Position numbers and translations under genes: made by a program. A stretch of 64,000 nucleotides of DNA, taken from contig NZ_JBKQOI010000133.1 in NCBI RefSeq assembly GCF_052145595.1, positions 39,765-103,764 of the forward strand. The letters run 5' to 3'. Within the stretch, counting starts at the first letter, position 1. The number at the start of each line of letters is the position of its first letter. This document shows positions 57,301 to 64,000 of this stretch, one piece after another. The notes below the pieces were generated by a model that was not told the origin of the DNA, searched no databases, and saw only the letters and a list, made by a program, of their open reading frames with translations. This DNA comes from Mycobacterium sp. (GTDB lineage Bacteria; Actinomycetota; Actinomycetes; Mycobacteriales; Mycobacteriaceae).

Positions 57301-59226
57301 CCGGGCTACCGGCAGCGCCGACAAAATCCGCACCGCCGCGGCCAGGTCGGTACCGGTGATGATGTCCGCTGACCACGGTGTCGCGGCTTGCGGATCGTCG
57401 AGTGCCACCCCAACGTCGGCGATGGCCAGCGCCGCCAGCGTGTCGGTCGATGCGAAGTCCCGGTGCACTGCGGTGATCAGCAACACGGGTCCGCGATCCG
57501 TCCGCAGGTCACGCACCAACTTCAGCAACGGCGTGCCCGCCGGATGAGTCACCGCGACGCTGGCGGTCAGATCCTCGGTCCCCGCAACGTGGCGCAAAAC
57601 CACGCGGGCTCCGGTTCGGTGCGCGATCTGCAGCAGCGGGATCGCGAACGGGTCGACCTCCCATCCCACGTCGACGCTGCCCACGCGTTCGCCATCGACC
57701 ACCAGGTCGGCATGTTCGAGACCCTGCGCGGGCGCCGCCGACGGCTCCTGCGCCCGAATCCAGCGCAGGCGAGCTCCGGTGGCCGGTAGCTCATCGGGGT
57801 CGGGCTCGGGTGCCTCCTCACCGTGCAGCAGCGCGTCGGCGACCTCATAAACCCGGTCCTCGTCCCAGCCGGGTACGTCTCCCCGCGCCTCCAGCACGGC
57901 GCGGTTGTCGCCGCGCAGCGCTGCCCCGTCGATGACGACCACCTTCACGCGATCCAGCCGGCGCAGGGCGCCCGGGTCCAGGATCAGTTGTCCGGCGTTG
58001 GCGAGCCCGCGGCCCAGTACGGCGGCGAACGTCTGCCGGCCCACGTGCGCCGCTCTGGGCACGCCGGCCAGCAGCGCGCCCGCCGCGTCGTCGGGGCCGC
58101 CTCCGGCCAGCAGAGCACCGGCCGCCGCAAGCAGCGAGGCGTTCGCGGCCTGACCGGCATACTCCTCCACCGGCCCCGCCATCGATCCCTTCGCGGTGTC
58201 GATTGCGGCGTCGATGGCCCCACCGACCACGACGTGGGAAGCGTCACCCGCGGCCGCGGCCGCCCAGTTGTGCCGTGGTTCCTGCGACTTGGGTCCGGCC
58301 GACGAGATGACGGGGACCACAGGGGCTTGCGGCCGTTTAGGCGAGGCCAGTTCCGGCTCGCGCTCTCGCCATCTCTGGCGATGAGCCGCCGCCTCGGAGA
58401 CCTGAAGGCTGCGTTGCGCCAGGTCCATCAGTGGTGTGCCGACCGCCTGGGTCAGGCCGTTGGCCAAGGCGGTCGAAGCGCTGAGTGCGATGTCGGTGCC
58501 GACTCGACCCAGCCGTGACTCCAGCACGGCCACCACCCGCGGTTGGTGATTCAGCAGAGCGGCCGCAGCACGGGCGCTTCGCGGCGCGACGGGCAATCGG
58601 CCCAGCCAGCCGGTGACCGCGACGCCGATCGCCATGGCGTCCATCGCCGCAGCGGAGAACGGGACGAGAATCGCCAACGGGTTGCCCGGGTCGGCGAATG
58701 GTGCGGTCCGGGGCGCCGACTTCGGTCCCGTCGTAGCCAGGTCGGCGGCCACTTCACAAACCGTTTCCCGCACCTCGTCCAAGACGCGGCCACTGTCCGC
58801 TCCGCTCTCGAATTCGACGACAAGCCGGCCAAGTGAGCCCTCGACGTGGGCCGAGGCCACCCCGGCAATCCTGCGGACCGGTTCCTCGACTACCGCCGCA
58901 TGCTCGTGCCAGCGGGGGAACGGCAGCAGTGGATCCAGGTCCAGATGCACGCGCCGCCCGCTCTGCCAGCGCACGGGCGGCGTGACGCCGTTTGAGGAGC
59001 CGTTCGAGGAATTGCTTATCCCAATCGCGCGCCCCGTCGTTTGAGCCATCGACTGCATCACCGGGTTGGCGAGCTCCACGACCGGGCTGGCCAGCATCTG
59101 CACGGCGCCCGCCGCGCCGGCCGCGGTGGACACGCCGGCCCGCACTACCTGTGCGGCTCCGCCGGTCACGCCCGCGACGACGCTGGCCACACCCGGAATC
59201 TTCACTCCGTCACCCTTCGATTGCAT
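54367..59226 (-). CDS. ctpI: Giant P-type ATPase (CtpI/CtpH-like, non-P1B catalytic half) with degenerate N-terminal ATPase-like extension
   Basis: TGES (FLTGESLPVDK), PEGLP, DKTGTLTENH, KGAPEEIL, ITGDHPVTA and MVGDGANDAAAIRMADVGIGV. The 1619-aa size and the neighbours (small ORF, then rhomboid) match M. tuberculosis ctpI (Rv0107c) from memory. Confidence 0.9.
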   Translation of the reverse strand: MQSKGDGVKIPGVASVVAGVTGGAAQVVRAGVSTAAGAAGAVQMLASPVVELANPVMQSMAQTTGRAIGISNSSNGSSNGVTPPVRWQSGRRVHLDLDPLLPFPRWHEHAAVVEEPVRRIAGVASAHVEGSLGRLVVEFESGADSGRVLDEVRETVCEVAADLATTGPKSAPRTAPFADPGNPLAILVPFSAAAMDAMAIGVAVTGWLGRLPVAPRSARAAAALLNHQPRVVAVLESRLGRVGTDIALSASTALANGLTQAVGTPLMDLAQRSLQVSEAAAHRQRWREREPELASPKRPQAPVVPVISSAGPKSQEPRHNWAAAAAGDASHVVVGGAIDAAIDTAKGSMAGPVEEYAGQAANASLLAAAGALLAGGGPDDAAGALLAGVPRAAHVGRQTFAAVLGRGLANAGQLILDPGALRRLDRVKVVVIDGAALRGDNRAVLEARGDVPGWDEDRVYEVADALLHGEEAPEPDPDELPATGARLRWIRAQEPSAAPAQGLEHADLVVDGERVGSVDVGWEVDPFAIPLLQIAHRTGARVVLRHVAGTEDLTASVAVTHPAGTPLLKLVRDLRTDRGPVLLITAVHRDFASTDTLAALAIADVGVALDDPQAATPWSADIITGTDLAAAVRILSALPVAREATESAVRLAKGGSTLAGLLLVTGDPRTASPFAIQRWLNPVNAAAAAALIQGTFSATRVLRLPDPTPQPVTAWHALDPEIVYSRLASRTRPLAVEPGGAPWRQLLDDLSYNPVVAPLRGPATQVGRLLGATRAELADPLTPILAVGAAASAIVGSSVDALLVTGVMTANALAGGLQRLRAEAAVAELFAEQDQHARRVVLPTVATAHRRLEAARTTERTVTVSAKSLRPGDIIDLAAPEVVPADARLLVAEDLEVDESFLTGESLPVDKQVEPVAVADADRASMLFEGSTIVAGHARAIVVATGAGTAAQRAISAIADVESAAGVQARLRELTGKVLPLTLAGGATVAGLALAHRATLRQAVADGVAIAVAAVPEGLPLVATLAQLAAAQRLSRRGALVRTPRAVEALGRVQTVCFDKTGTLTENHLRVVCGVPHGASAADPFPKATDPRAAEVLQAAARSSTQPHNGQGHAHATDEAILTTANSIDGQWASKWNVLAEVPFESSRGYSAAIGTLSARAKPMLIAKGAPEEILPRCRFADPDADRDHAESLVLRLAGQGLRVLAVAQRRWEHGMGEEDTDADAVDAAAHDLELIGYVGLADTARASARPLIEALVECGRRVVLITGDHPVTARAIAHQLGLPSDAQEVTGAELAALDEDARAKVAADVQVFARVSPEQKVQIVAALQACGQVTAMVGDGANDAAAIRMADVGIGVSGRGSSAARGAADIVLTDTDLGVLLDALVEGRGMWGGVRDAVSILVGGNVGEVLFTIIGTALGTGRAPVGTRQLLLVNLLTDMFPALAVAVTPQYPQPEETSEEAGAGVDRDAEELHRAFQRATLSEPAPSLDAPLMRQIITRGAVTAAGATAAWAIGRWTPGTERRTSTMGLTALVTTQLAQTLLTRRHSPLVLGTALGSAGVLVAIVQTPGVSHFFGCTPLGPVAWSGVISATAGATAVSVLAPNWLAKRVAALEPKEDQ

Positions 59227-59259
59227 CTAACGCGCCTAATAATCCTGGCGTGTCAGGGA

Positions 59260-59279
59260 CCTGTCCATATATGGGCAGG
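59260..59279. promoter_or_regulatory. Palindrome CCTGTCCATATATGGGCAGG upstream of the giant ATPase gene
   Basis: Perfect 10-bp core CCATATATGG with flanking CCTG/CAGG arms (one non-complementary pair), lying 34-53 nt upstream of ATG 59226. Confidence 0.45.
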
Positions 59280-59677
59280 AAGAACGGCCGTGCGATGACA
59301 CCAGTGACGCTGGCGGCTCGGGATTCGCTCAAGTTAGCCGGGGTGCAATCGCTTCCCTGGCAGAAAGGTTACCGGGTTAAGGGCACAACCAAACGTGCTG
59401 AACGAGCGTGCGTCGCGGAAGACGGTGGTCGCGGTGACTCAGCGGTCAGGGCGTTGCGTGGGTTCGGGGGTGCGCGGCCGCACGACCAACCCACGACCAA
59501 CCCTTGGAGGCCCGGGGCACACAACGACCGGAACACTCCGTTGTATTTATCCGCCGAACAATTGGTGTTCTCGGCCGCGGCTTCGCATTTGCAGAAGTCA
59601 CTGCGTACGCCGAATAGCGTGAATGCGTGGTAGCCGTCGATAGGCCACGAATCGCAGTGTTGTTTTAGAAAGTCCTG

Positions 59678-59920
59678 CTACAAAATTCGGTGGTGTGCCC
59701 TGCCGAAGTGGTACCCGGCGGGGAAGGATTTCTCGATGACTTGCAGCTGATGGTCCACTCTGGACTCGAGTTCGAGGACCACGCAGCTGTCGCCGACGGC
59801 TTTCGACTCGAGCACTATGTACCGCTGACCGCCACCGTTGACATCGGTGATGGGGTCGCCTGAGTGCAATTTTTCGACGGGCACCAATTCCGGGGTTCCG
59901 TGTGACTCCACCCATGCCAC
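59678..59920 (-). CDS. Small hypothetical protein (80 aa)
   Basis: ATG start and moderate-to-high GC3. The position corresponds to the small ORF next to ctpI in M. tuberculosis (from memory; homology not verified). Confidence 0.5.
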   Translation of the reverse strand: MAWVESHGTPELVPVEKLHSGDPITDVNGGGQRYIVLESKAVGDSCVVLELESRVDHQLQVIEKSFPAGYHFGRAHHRIL

Positions 59921-60011
59921 GTTAGGTCAATTCCGCGAGTGAGGGAATAGTTCGCTTACCGGGTGCGAATGTCGTGAACCATCTGATCGCCGCGGAAATC
60001 GTGCGGCACCG

Positions 60012-60386
60012 CTAGGGCGTGGCGGCCCCACGCTGCTTGAAAAACACGCTGACGTGAGAGATCAGGCCGTCGTTGCCCTGCTCGAAGAGGATGCATTCGG
60101 GCCAGGTTGCGGGAACGCCGTCGATCTCGAACGTCTCAGTCAACTCGACGTATGACACCCGCGAATTCACGTGCGACACTCGCTGAACTTCCACCCGGTG
60201 GCCCATGAGATCGGTAAGTACCTTGCGCAGGTAGGCGACGTAGTGCCGCTTGCCCTCGACGACGTCGCAGAACGGTCCCTCGCGGGTCAAGCCTTCGTCC
60301 GCGATCGTTGCGGCCAGGCCATCCCAATCGTGCGCGGCCAGGCACTCCAGGTAGCGCTCAACCGTGCCGGTGCCGGCCCCAGTCAC
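60012..60386 (-). CDS. NTF2/SnoaL-like fold protein
   Basis: VERYLECLAAHDWDGLAATIADEGLTREGPF ... is typical of NTF2-like small proteins. GTG 60386 is the preferred start. Confidence 0.7.
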   Translation of the reverse strand: MTGAGTGTVERYLECLAAHDWDGLAATIADEGLTREGPFCDVVEGKRHYVAYLRKVLTDLMGHRVEVQRVSHVNSRVSYVELTETFEIDGVPATWPECILFEQGNDGLISHVSVFFKQRGAATP

Positions 60387-60499
60387 ATCGGTGACTCCAC
60401 GGAAAACACAGTAGGGCAACGCAGCGGTCGAAGGAAACACCAGGAACACCTTCGATAAAGCGCCGCACGGCGGCGGTCGACGGGGGCAACAATGGTGCG

Positions 60500-61381
60500 A
60501 TGAGTGCACCCAGCGCACCGCAGTCGCCGCCCGCGGCGCCGACCTGTTACCGCCATCCCGGCCGCCAGACCTACGTCCGCTGCAACCGCTGCGAACGGTA
60601 CATCTGCGCGGACTGCATGCGCGACGCCGCGGTCGGTCACCAGTGTGTGGAGTGCGTTGCGGCGGGTGCCCGAACGGTTCGACAGCCGCGGACGCGTTTT
60701 GGCGGGCGGCAGCGGTCGGCCACGCCGGTGGTCACCTATGCGCTGATCGCGATCAACGTCATGACTTTCGTCGTGGAGATGGCGTCGGGGGACCTGGAGA
60801 AGCAACTAACGCTGTGGCCACCGGCCGTCGCCGACGGTCAGCTGTACCGACTGGTGACCGCGGCGTTCTTGCACTACGGCGCAACGCATTTGCTGCTGAA
60901 CATGTGGGCGCTGTATGTCGTGGGTCCGCCGCTCGAGATGTGGCTGGGCCGACTGCGCTTCGGCGCGCTGTACGCGTTGAGCGGGCTGGGTGGCTCGGTG
61001 CTGGTCTACCTGCTGTCGCCGCTCAACACCGCGACGGCGGGAGCTTCGGGCGCAATTTTCGGCCTTTTCGGTGCCACATTCGTCGTGGGAAGGCGGCTGG
61101 CCCTCGACGTCCGCTGGGTTGTCGCAGTCATCGTGATCAACTTGGTCTTCACCTTCGTCATTCCGGCGTTCAGTTCGCAGCAGATCAGCTGGCAGGGACA
61201 CGTGGGCGGGCTCGTTACGGGCGGGTTGGTCGCCGCGGCCTACGTTTATCCGCCGAGGGAAAGCCGGAACCTGATCCAGGCCGCGGTGACGATCGGCTTC
61301 CTGGCCGTGTTTGCCGGGCTGATCTGGTGGCGCACAGCCGATCTCCTCGCGCAGTTCGGCGGGCCGCTCAACCTGGGCTGA
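60500..61381 (+). CDS. Rhomboid-family intramembrane serine protease with N-terminal zinc-ribbon
   Basis: CYRHPGRQTYVRCNRCERYICADC...HQCVEC zinc ribbon, HLLLNM, catalytic GASGAIFGLFG and the His in WQGHVGGLVTG. Rv0110-like. Confidence 0.92.
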   Translation: MSAPSAPQSPPAAPTCYRHPGRQTYVRCNRCERYICADCMRDAAVGHQCVECVAAGARTVRQPRTRFGGRQRSATPVVTYALIAINVMTFVVEMASGDLEKQLTLWPPAVADGQLYRLVTAAFLHYGATHLLLNMWALYVVGPPLEMWLGRLRFGALYALSGLGGSVLVYLLSPLNTATAGASGAIFGLFGATFVVGRRLALDVRWVVAVIVINLVFTFVIPAFSSQQISWQGHVGGLVTGGLVAAAYVYPPRESRNLIQAAVTIGFLAVFAGLIWWRTADLLAQFGGPLNLG

Positions 61382-61422
61382 CCGGCGTTGGCCGGGTTGG
61401 GTTGCCGGGTAGGTTGTCTTCC

Positions 61423-61884
61423 ATGAGTTGGTGGGTCGCCCACGCCGAACGGACGCTGTCCGAAGAGGTACCCGCGCCACCGGGCGACGTCCGCGATTTC
61501 TACGTGGATCTGGACAACATCAAACTCGTGCACCCGCTGATCGTGTCCGTGCAAGCCACGTCGCGTACCGAGACGCCGGACGGCTACCTGCAGAGCTACC
61601 GGGTGATAGATCGGATTCCGTTGGGGCCGTTCACTATGCGAATCACCTACCGGGCGCGGCTGCACGTCCCCGCCGATGGTGACGTGATCACCGAGGCCGA
61701 CCAGTCCCCCGGGGTGCACCTGCGCGGAACCGTGAGTTTTGCGCCGACCGACGGCGGCACCCGTCTGACCGAGCGGATACGGATAGCCGCGCCCAGGCCG
61801 CTGGCCCCGATGACGACGCGCGAGGCGGTCAAGGCGCACATCGCGATGCTGGCGGGCATCCGGCGCCACTTCGAATCCGCGTGA
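61423..61884 (+). CDS. SRPBCC-fold hypothetical protein
   Basis: ATG at 61423. 153 aa with coding bias. The START/SRPBCC assignment is tentative, based on length and beta-rich pattern. Confidence 0.55.
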   Translation: MSWWVAHAERTLSEEVPAPPGDVRDFYVDLDNIKLVHPLIVSVQATSRTETPDGYLQSYRVIDRIPLGPFTMRITYRARLHVPADGDVITEADQSPGVHLRGTVSFAPTDGGTRLTERIRIAAPRPLAPMTTREAVKAHIAMLAGIRRHFESA

Positions 61885-61976
61885 ACGGCCTGGGTTCGAC
61901 GCTCTAGCATGACCGCCGTAGCCCGTGTGCGGTCCCTGCGCCCGTTTGGCCGCACACCATCGTCAAGGAGGTTGCA

Positions 61977-63137
61977 ATGAAGTGTCGTGCCGCTGTGCTG
62001 CGCGGGGTCGGCAGGGACTGGGAGGTCCGCGACGTTGACCTTGACCCGCCGCACAGGGGTGAAGTCCTGGTACGGATGGCCGTTGCCGGAATTTGCCACT
62101 CCGATGAGCATCTGTTCACCGGCGACGTGGTGCCGACCCCCGAGGTGCTGGCCGCAAGCGGTCTGCCGGCGCCAGACTGGTTCCCGCTGCTCGGTGGTCA
62201 CGAGGGCGCTGGTGTCGTCGAAGATGTAGGTCCGGCCGTGACGACGGTGCAACCGGGGGACCGAGTGGCGATGTCGTTCATTCCCGCGTGCGGTAATTGC
62301 CGATTTTGTGTCAACGGTCAGAGCTACATCTGCGATGCCGGCGCGAGTCTGTTCGTGAAGGAGATGCCCACCGACGGAACGTGTCGCCGGCATCTCGGCG
62401 ATGAAAACCTGTTGGCTTATGGTCAACTCGGCACGTTCGCGGAGTATGCGGTGCTATCGGAACGGTCCGTCATCAAGATCGACGACGCGATCCCGTTCCA
62501 TGCCGCCTCGCTGGTCTCGTGCGGTGTCAGCACGGGCTGGGGCTCGGCGACGGTCTCGGCCGGCACCGAACCTGGCGATACCGTCGTCGTGATCGGCATC
62601 GGCGGCGTCGGGATGAACGCCCTGCAAGGAGCGCGCGCAGCCGGTGCAACCTATGTGGTCGGAGTGGATCCCATTGAGTACAAGCGGGATTCGGCCAAGA
62701 TCTTCGGTGCCACGCATACCGCCGCCTCCGCCGAGGAGGCGATACCGCTGGTAAAGGACATCACGGCGGGCTTGATGGCCGACCGCGTGGTTGTGACTCC
62801 CGGCGTTGTGCATGTGGACTTGATCCCGCTGGCGATGACGCTGCTTCGGAAGGGCGGGACGTGCGTGGTCACCGGCATTACCCCTTTCACCGAGCCGCTG
62901 GTTCCGCTGGTCCTGCAGGAGATGGTGCTGTCGGCCAAACAACTCAAAGGAGCGCTCTACGGCGGGATGAATCCCCGCACGAGCGTGCCGATGCTCTTGT
63001 CAATGTATCGGGCCGGCGCTTTGAAACTCGACGAGTTGGTCACCCGCCACTACACGCTCGACCAGATCAACGAGGCGTTCGCGGACCTGCGGGAAGGCCG
63101 CAACATTCGCGGCATTGTCGATTTCGCCGGCCTCTAA
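61977..63137 (+). CDS. Zinc alcohol dehydrogenase, NDMA-dependent / class-III-like (mycofactocin-associated type)
   Basis: MKCRAAVLRGVGRDWEVRDVDLDPP...AVAGICHSDEH, GHEGAGVV, structural Zn ligands CGNCRFCVNGQSYIC and VIGIGGVGMNA. ATG follows AAGGAGG. Confidence 0.88.
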   Translation: MKCRAAVLRGVGRDWEVRDVDLDPPHRGEVLVRMAVAGICHSDEHLFTGDVVPTPEVLAASGLPAPDWFPLLGGHEGAGVVEDVGPAVTTVQPGDRVAMSFIPACGNCRFCVNGQSYICDAGASLFVKEMPTDGTCRRHLGDENLLAYGQLGTFAEYAVLSERSVIKIDDAIPFHAASLVSCGVSTGWGSATVSAGTEPGDTVVVIGIGGVGMNALQGARAAGATYVVGVDPIEYKRDSAKIFGATHTAASAEEAIPLVKDITAGLMADRVVVTPGVVHVDLIPLAMTLLRKGGTCVVTGITPFTEPLVPLVLQEMVLSAKQLKGALYGGMNPRTSVPMLLSMYRAGALKLDELVTRHYTLDQINEAFADLREGRNIRGIVDFAGL

Positions 63138-63189
63138 TCAACCCGGCTCAACCCAGTCGGTGGAGGGAAGTCCAGCGCCGCAAAGAGAT

Positions 63190-63981
63190 TTACCGCGCGA
63201 TCCACTCCGATGACAACGCGAACTCGGAAAGATACTTCGTCGAGCTCCACCCGCCGTCGACAACGATCGTTTGCCCATTGATGAAACTTGCGCCCGGCGA
63301 GCACAAGAACGCGACGGTGCTGGCAGTGTCATCGATGGTGCCCAACCGCTGATGCGGGGTCATCTCGGTGTTGATCTTGCGGAATCGCTCATCCTTTAAG
63401 CGTTTCTCGACCATCTGTGTCAGCGTCACACCGGGCGCGACTGCGTTGCAGCGGATGCCGGATGCCCCGTATTGGCAGGCGATGTGGGTGGTCAGCGCGG
63501 TCAGCCCGCCCTTGGCCGCGGAGTAGGCGCCGCCGCGCAGTCCGCCGATGACCGCGAAAGTCGATGTGATGTTGATGATCGCCGATCCGGGTCCCATATG
63601 TGGCAGCACGTCGCGCGCGAGCCTGAACGGCGCGCGGAGCATCAAATCCAGGAAATGGTCCAGTGTTTCGTCGTCGGTTTCGTGTAGCGGCTTGGGGTTG
63701 CCCACTCCGGCGTTGTTGATCAGGAAGTCGATGTGACCCCACCGGGCGACCGCGAGGTCCACGATGCGTCGCGGCGCGTCGTCATGGGTCAAGTCGACAG
63801 CGATTGTTGCGACGCGATCCGGATCGCTGATAGACCCGACAGCCTTTTCCAGCCCGGCCAACCGGTCCTGATCGCGGCCCGTGCCGACGACCGCCATGCC
63901 CATCTCGGCAAGTTTTGTTGCACATCCGAAGCCGATGCCGCTGCTTGCTCCCGTTACGATTGCGACCTGCATCTCACCCAT
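63190..63981 (-). CDS. SDR-family oxidoreductase
   Basis: MQVAIVTGASSGIGFGCATKLAEMG, NNAG, catalytic YSAAKGG and a C-terminal INGQTIVVDGG. Confidence 0.88.
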   Translation of the reverse strand: MGEMQVAIVTGASSGIGFGCATKLAEMGMAVVGTGRDQDRLAGLEKAVGSISDPDRVATIAVDLTHDDAPRRIVDLAVARWGHIDFLINNAGVGNPKPLHETDDETLDHFLDLMLRAPFRLARDVLPHMGPGSAIINITSTFAVIGGLRGGAYSAAKGGLTALTTHIACQYGASGIRCNAVAPGVTLTQMVEKRLKDERFRKINTEMTPHQRLGTIDDTASTVAFLCSPGASFINGQTIVVDGGWSSTKYLSEFALSSEWIAR

Positions 63982-64000
63982 CCGCCTTTGTCTCCGCCTG

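Noticed and set aside
54805-57372. 855-aa plus-strand ORF
   Set aside because: It is antisense to the CtpI-like ATPase. The composition is Arg/Gly-rich with no recognisable domain. It is a GC-rich open-frame artefact.
59425-59490. tRNA-like fragment (GGTCGCGGTGACTCAGCGGTCAGGGCG...GGGTTCGGGGGTGC)
   Set aside because: It has a D-arm-like TGAC/GTCA stem and a GGTTCG-like string. However, no anticodon stem can be formed, the length is too short, and there is no complementary acceptor 3' strand. It is not a tRNA or a clear att remnant.
61923-61958. Hairpin GTGTGCGG...CCGCACAC between the SRPBCC-like gene and the ADH gene
   Set aside because: It has an 8-bp stem with a loop of about 17 nt. It could be a weak terminator or a 5' UTR structure, but it is not distinctive enough to annotate.

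Overview
This is a GC-rich actinobacterial chromosome segment (about two-thirds G+C by eye, strong GC3 bias; not computed). It is almost certainly from a non-tuberculous Mycobacterium. The right end resembles M. tuberculosis Rv0107c (ctpI) - Rv0108c - Rv0110 (rhomboid) in gene order; this is from memory.

The window is densely coding. I call about 58 protein genes, one short gene remnant, and several operator or terminator-like motifs. I found no rRNA, tRNA, CRISPR, transposase, integrase or phage genes, so it reads as a metabolic/regulatory flexible block rather than a mobile island.

Content:
- A CsoR/RicR-box-controlled copZ-like plus Cu P-type ATPase operon.
- Two class III nucleotide cyclases: one Zn-ribbon-cyclase-STAND-TPR, and one alpha/beta-hydrolase-cyclase of the LipJ type.
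- Ten SDR genes.
- Oxygenases: a Rieske alpha subunit, two tandem Baeyer-Villiger monooxygenases, an LLM oxidoreductase and an MpaB-family oxygenase.
- Many one-component regulators: MerR, PaaX, LysR, 4x TetR, IclR and CGNR.
- A sulfate-binding protein next to a SulP-STAS transporter.
- A secreted cutinase.
- A 1619-aa CtpI-like P-type ATPase.

Best candidates for undescribed biology:
1. A LysR-controlled five-gene operon built around a PAPS-type sulfotransferase, three SDRs (one of the mycofactocin-coupled type) and an uncharacterised 354-aa protein.
2. An ABC-type sulfate-binding protein apparently co-transcribed with a SulP secondary transporter and no ABC permease or ATPase.
3. A translationally coupled LuxE/PaaK-like adenylating enzyme plus LuxC-like reductase pair. 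It sits next to a fatty-acyl-CoA-reductase-like SDR + FadD pair, an MpaB oxygenase and a cutinase.
4. The CtpI-like ATPase, whose roughly 750-aa N-terminal extension is visibly a degenerate copy of a P-type ATPase module.

All functional calls are motif- and memory-based; no searches were run.
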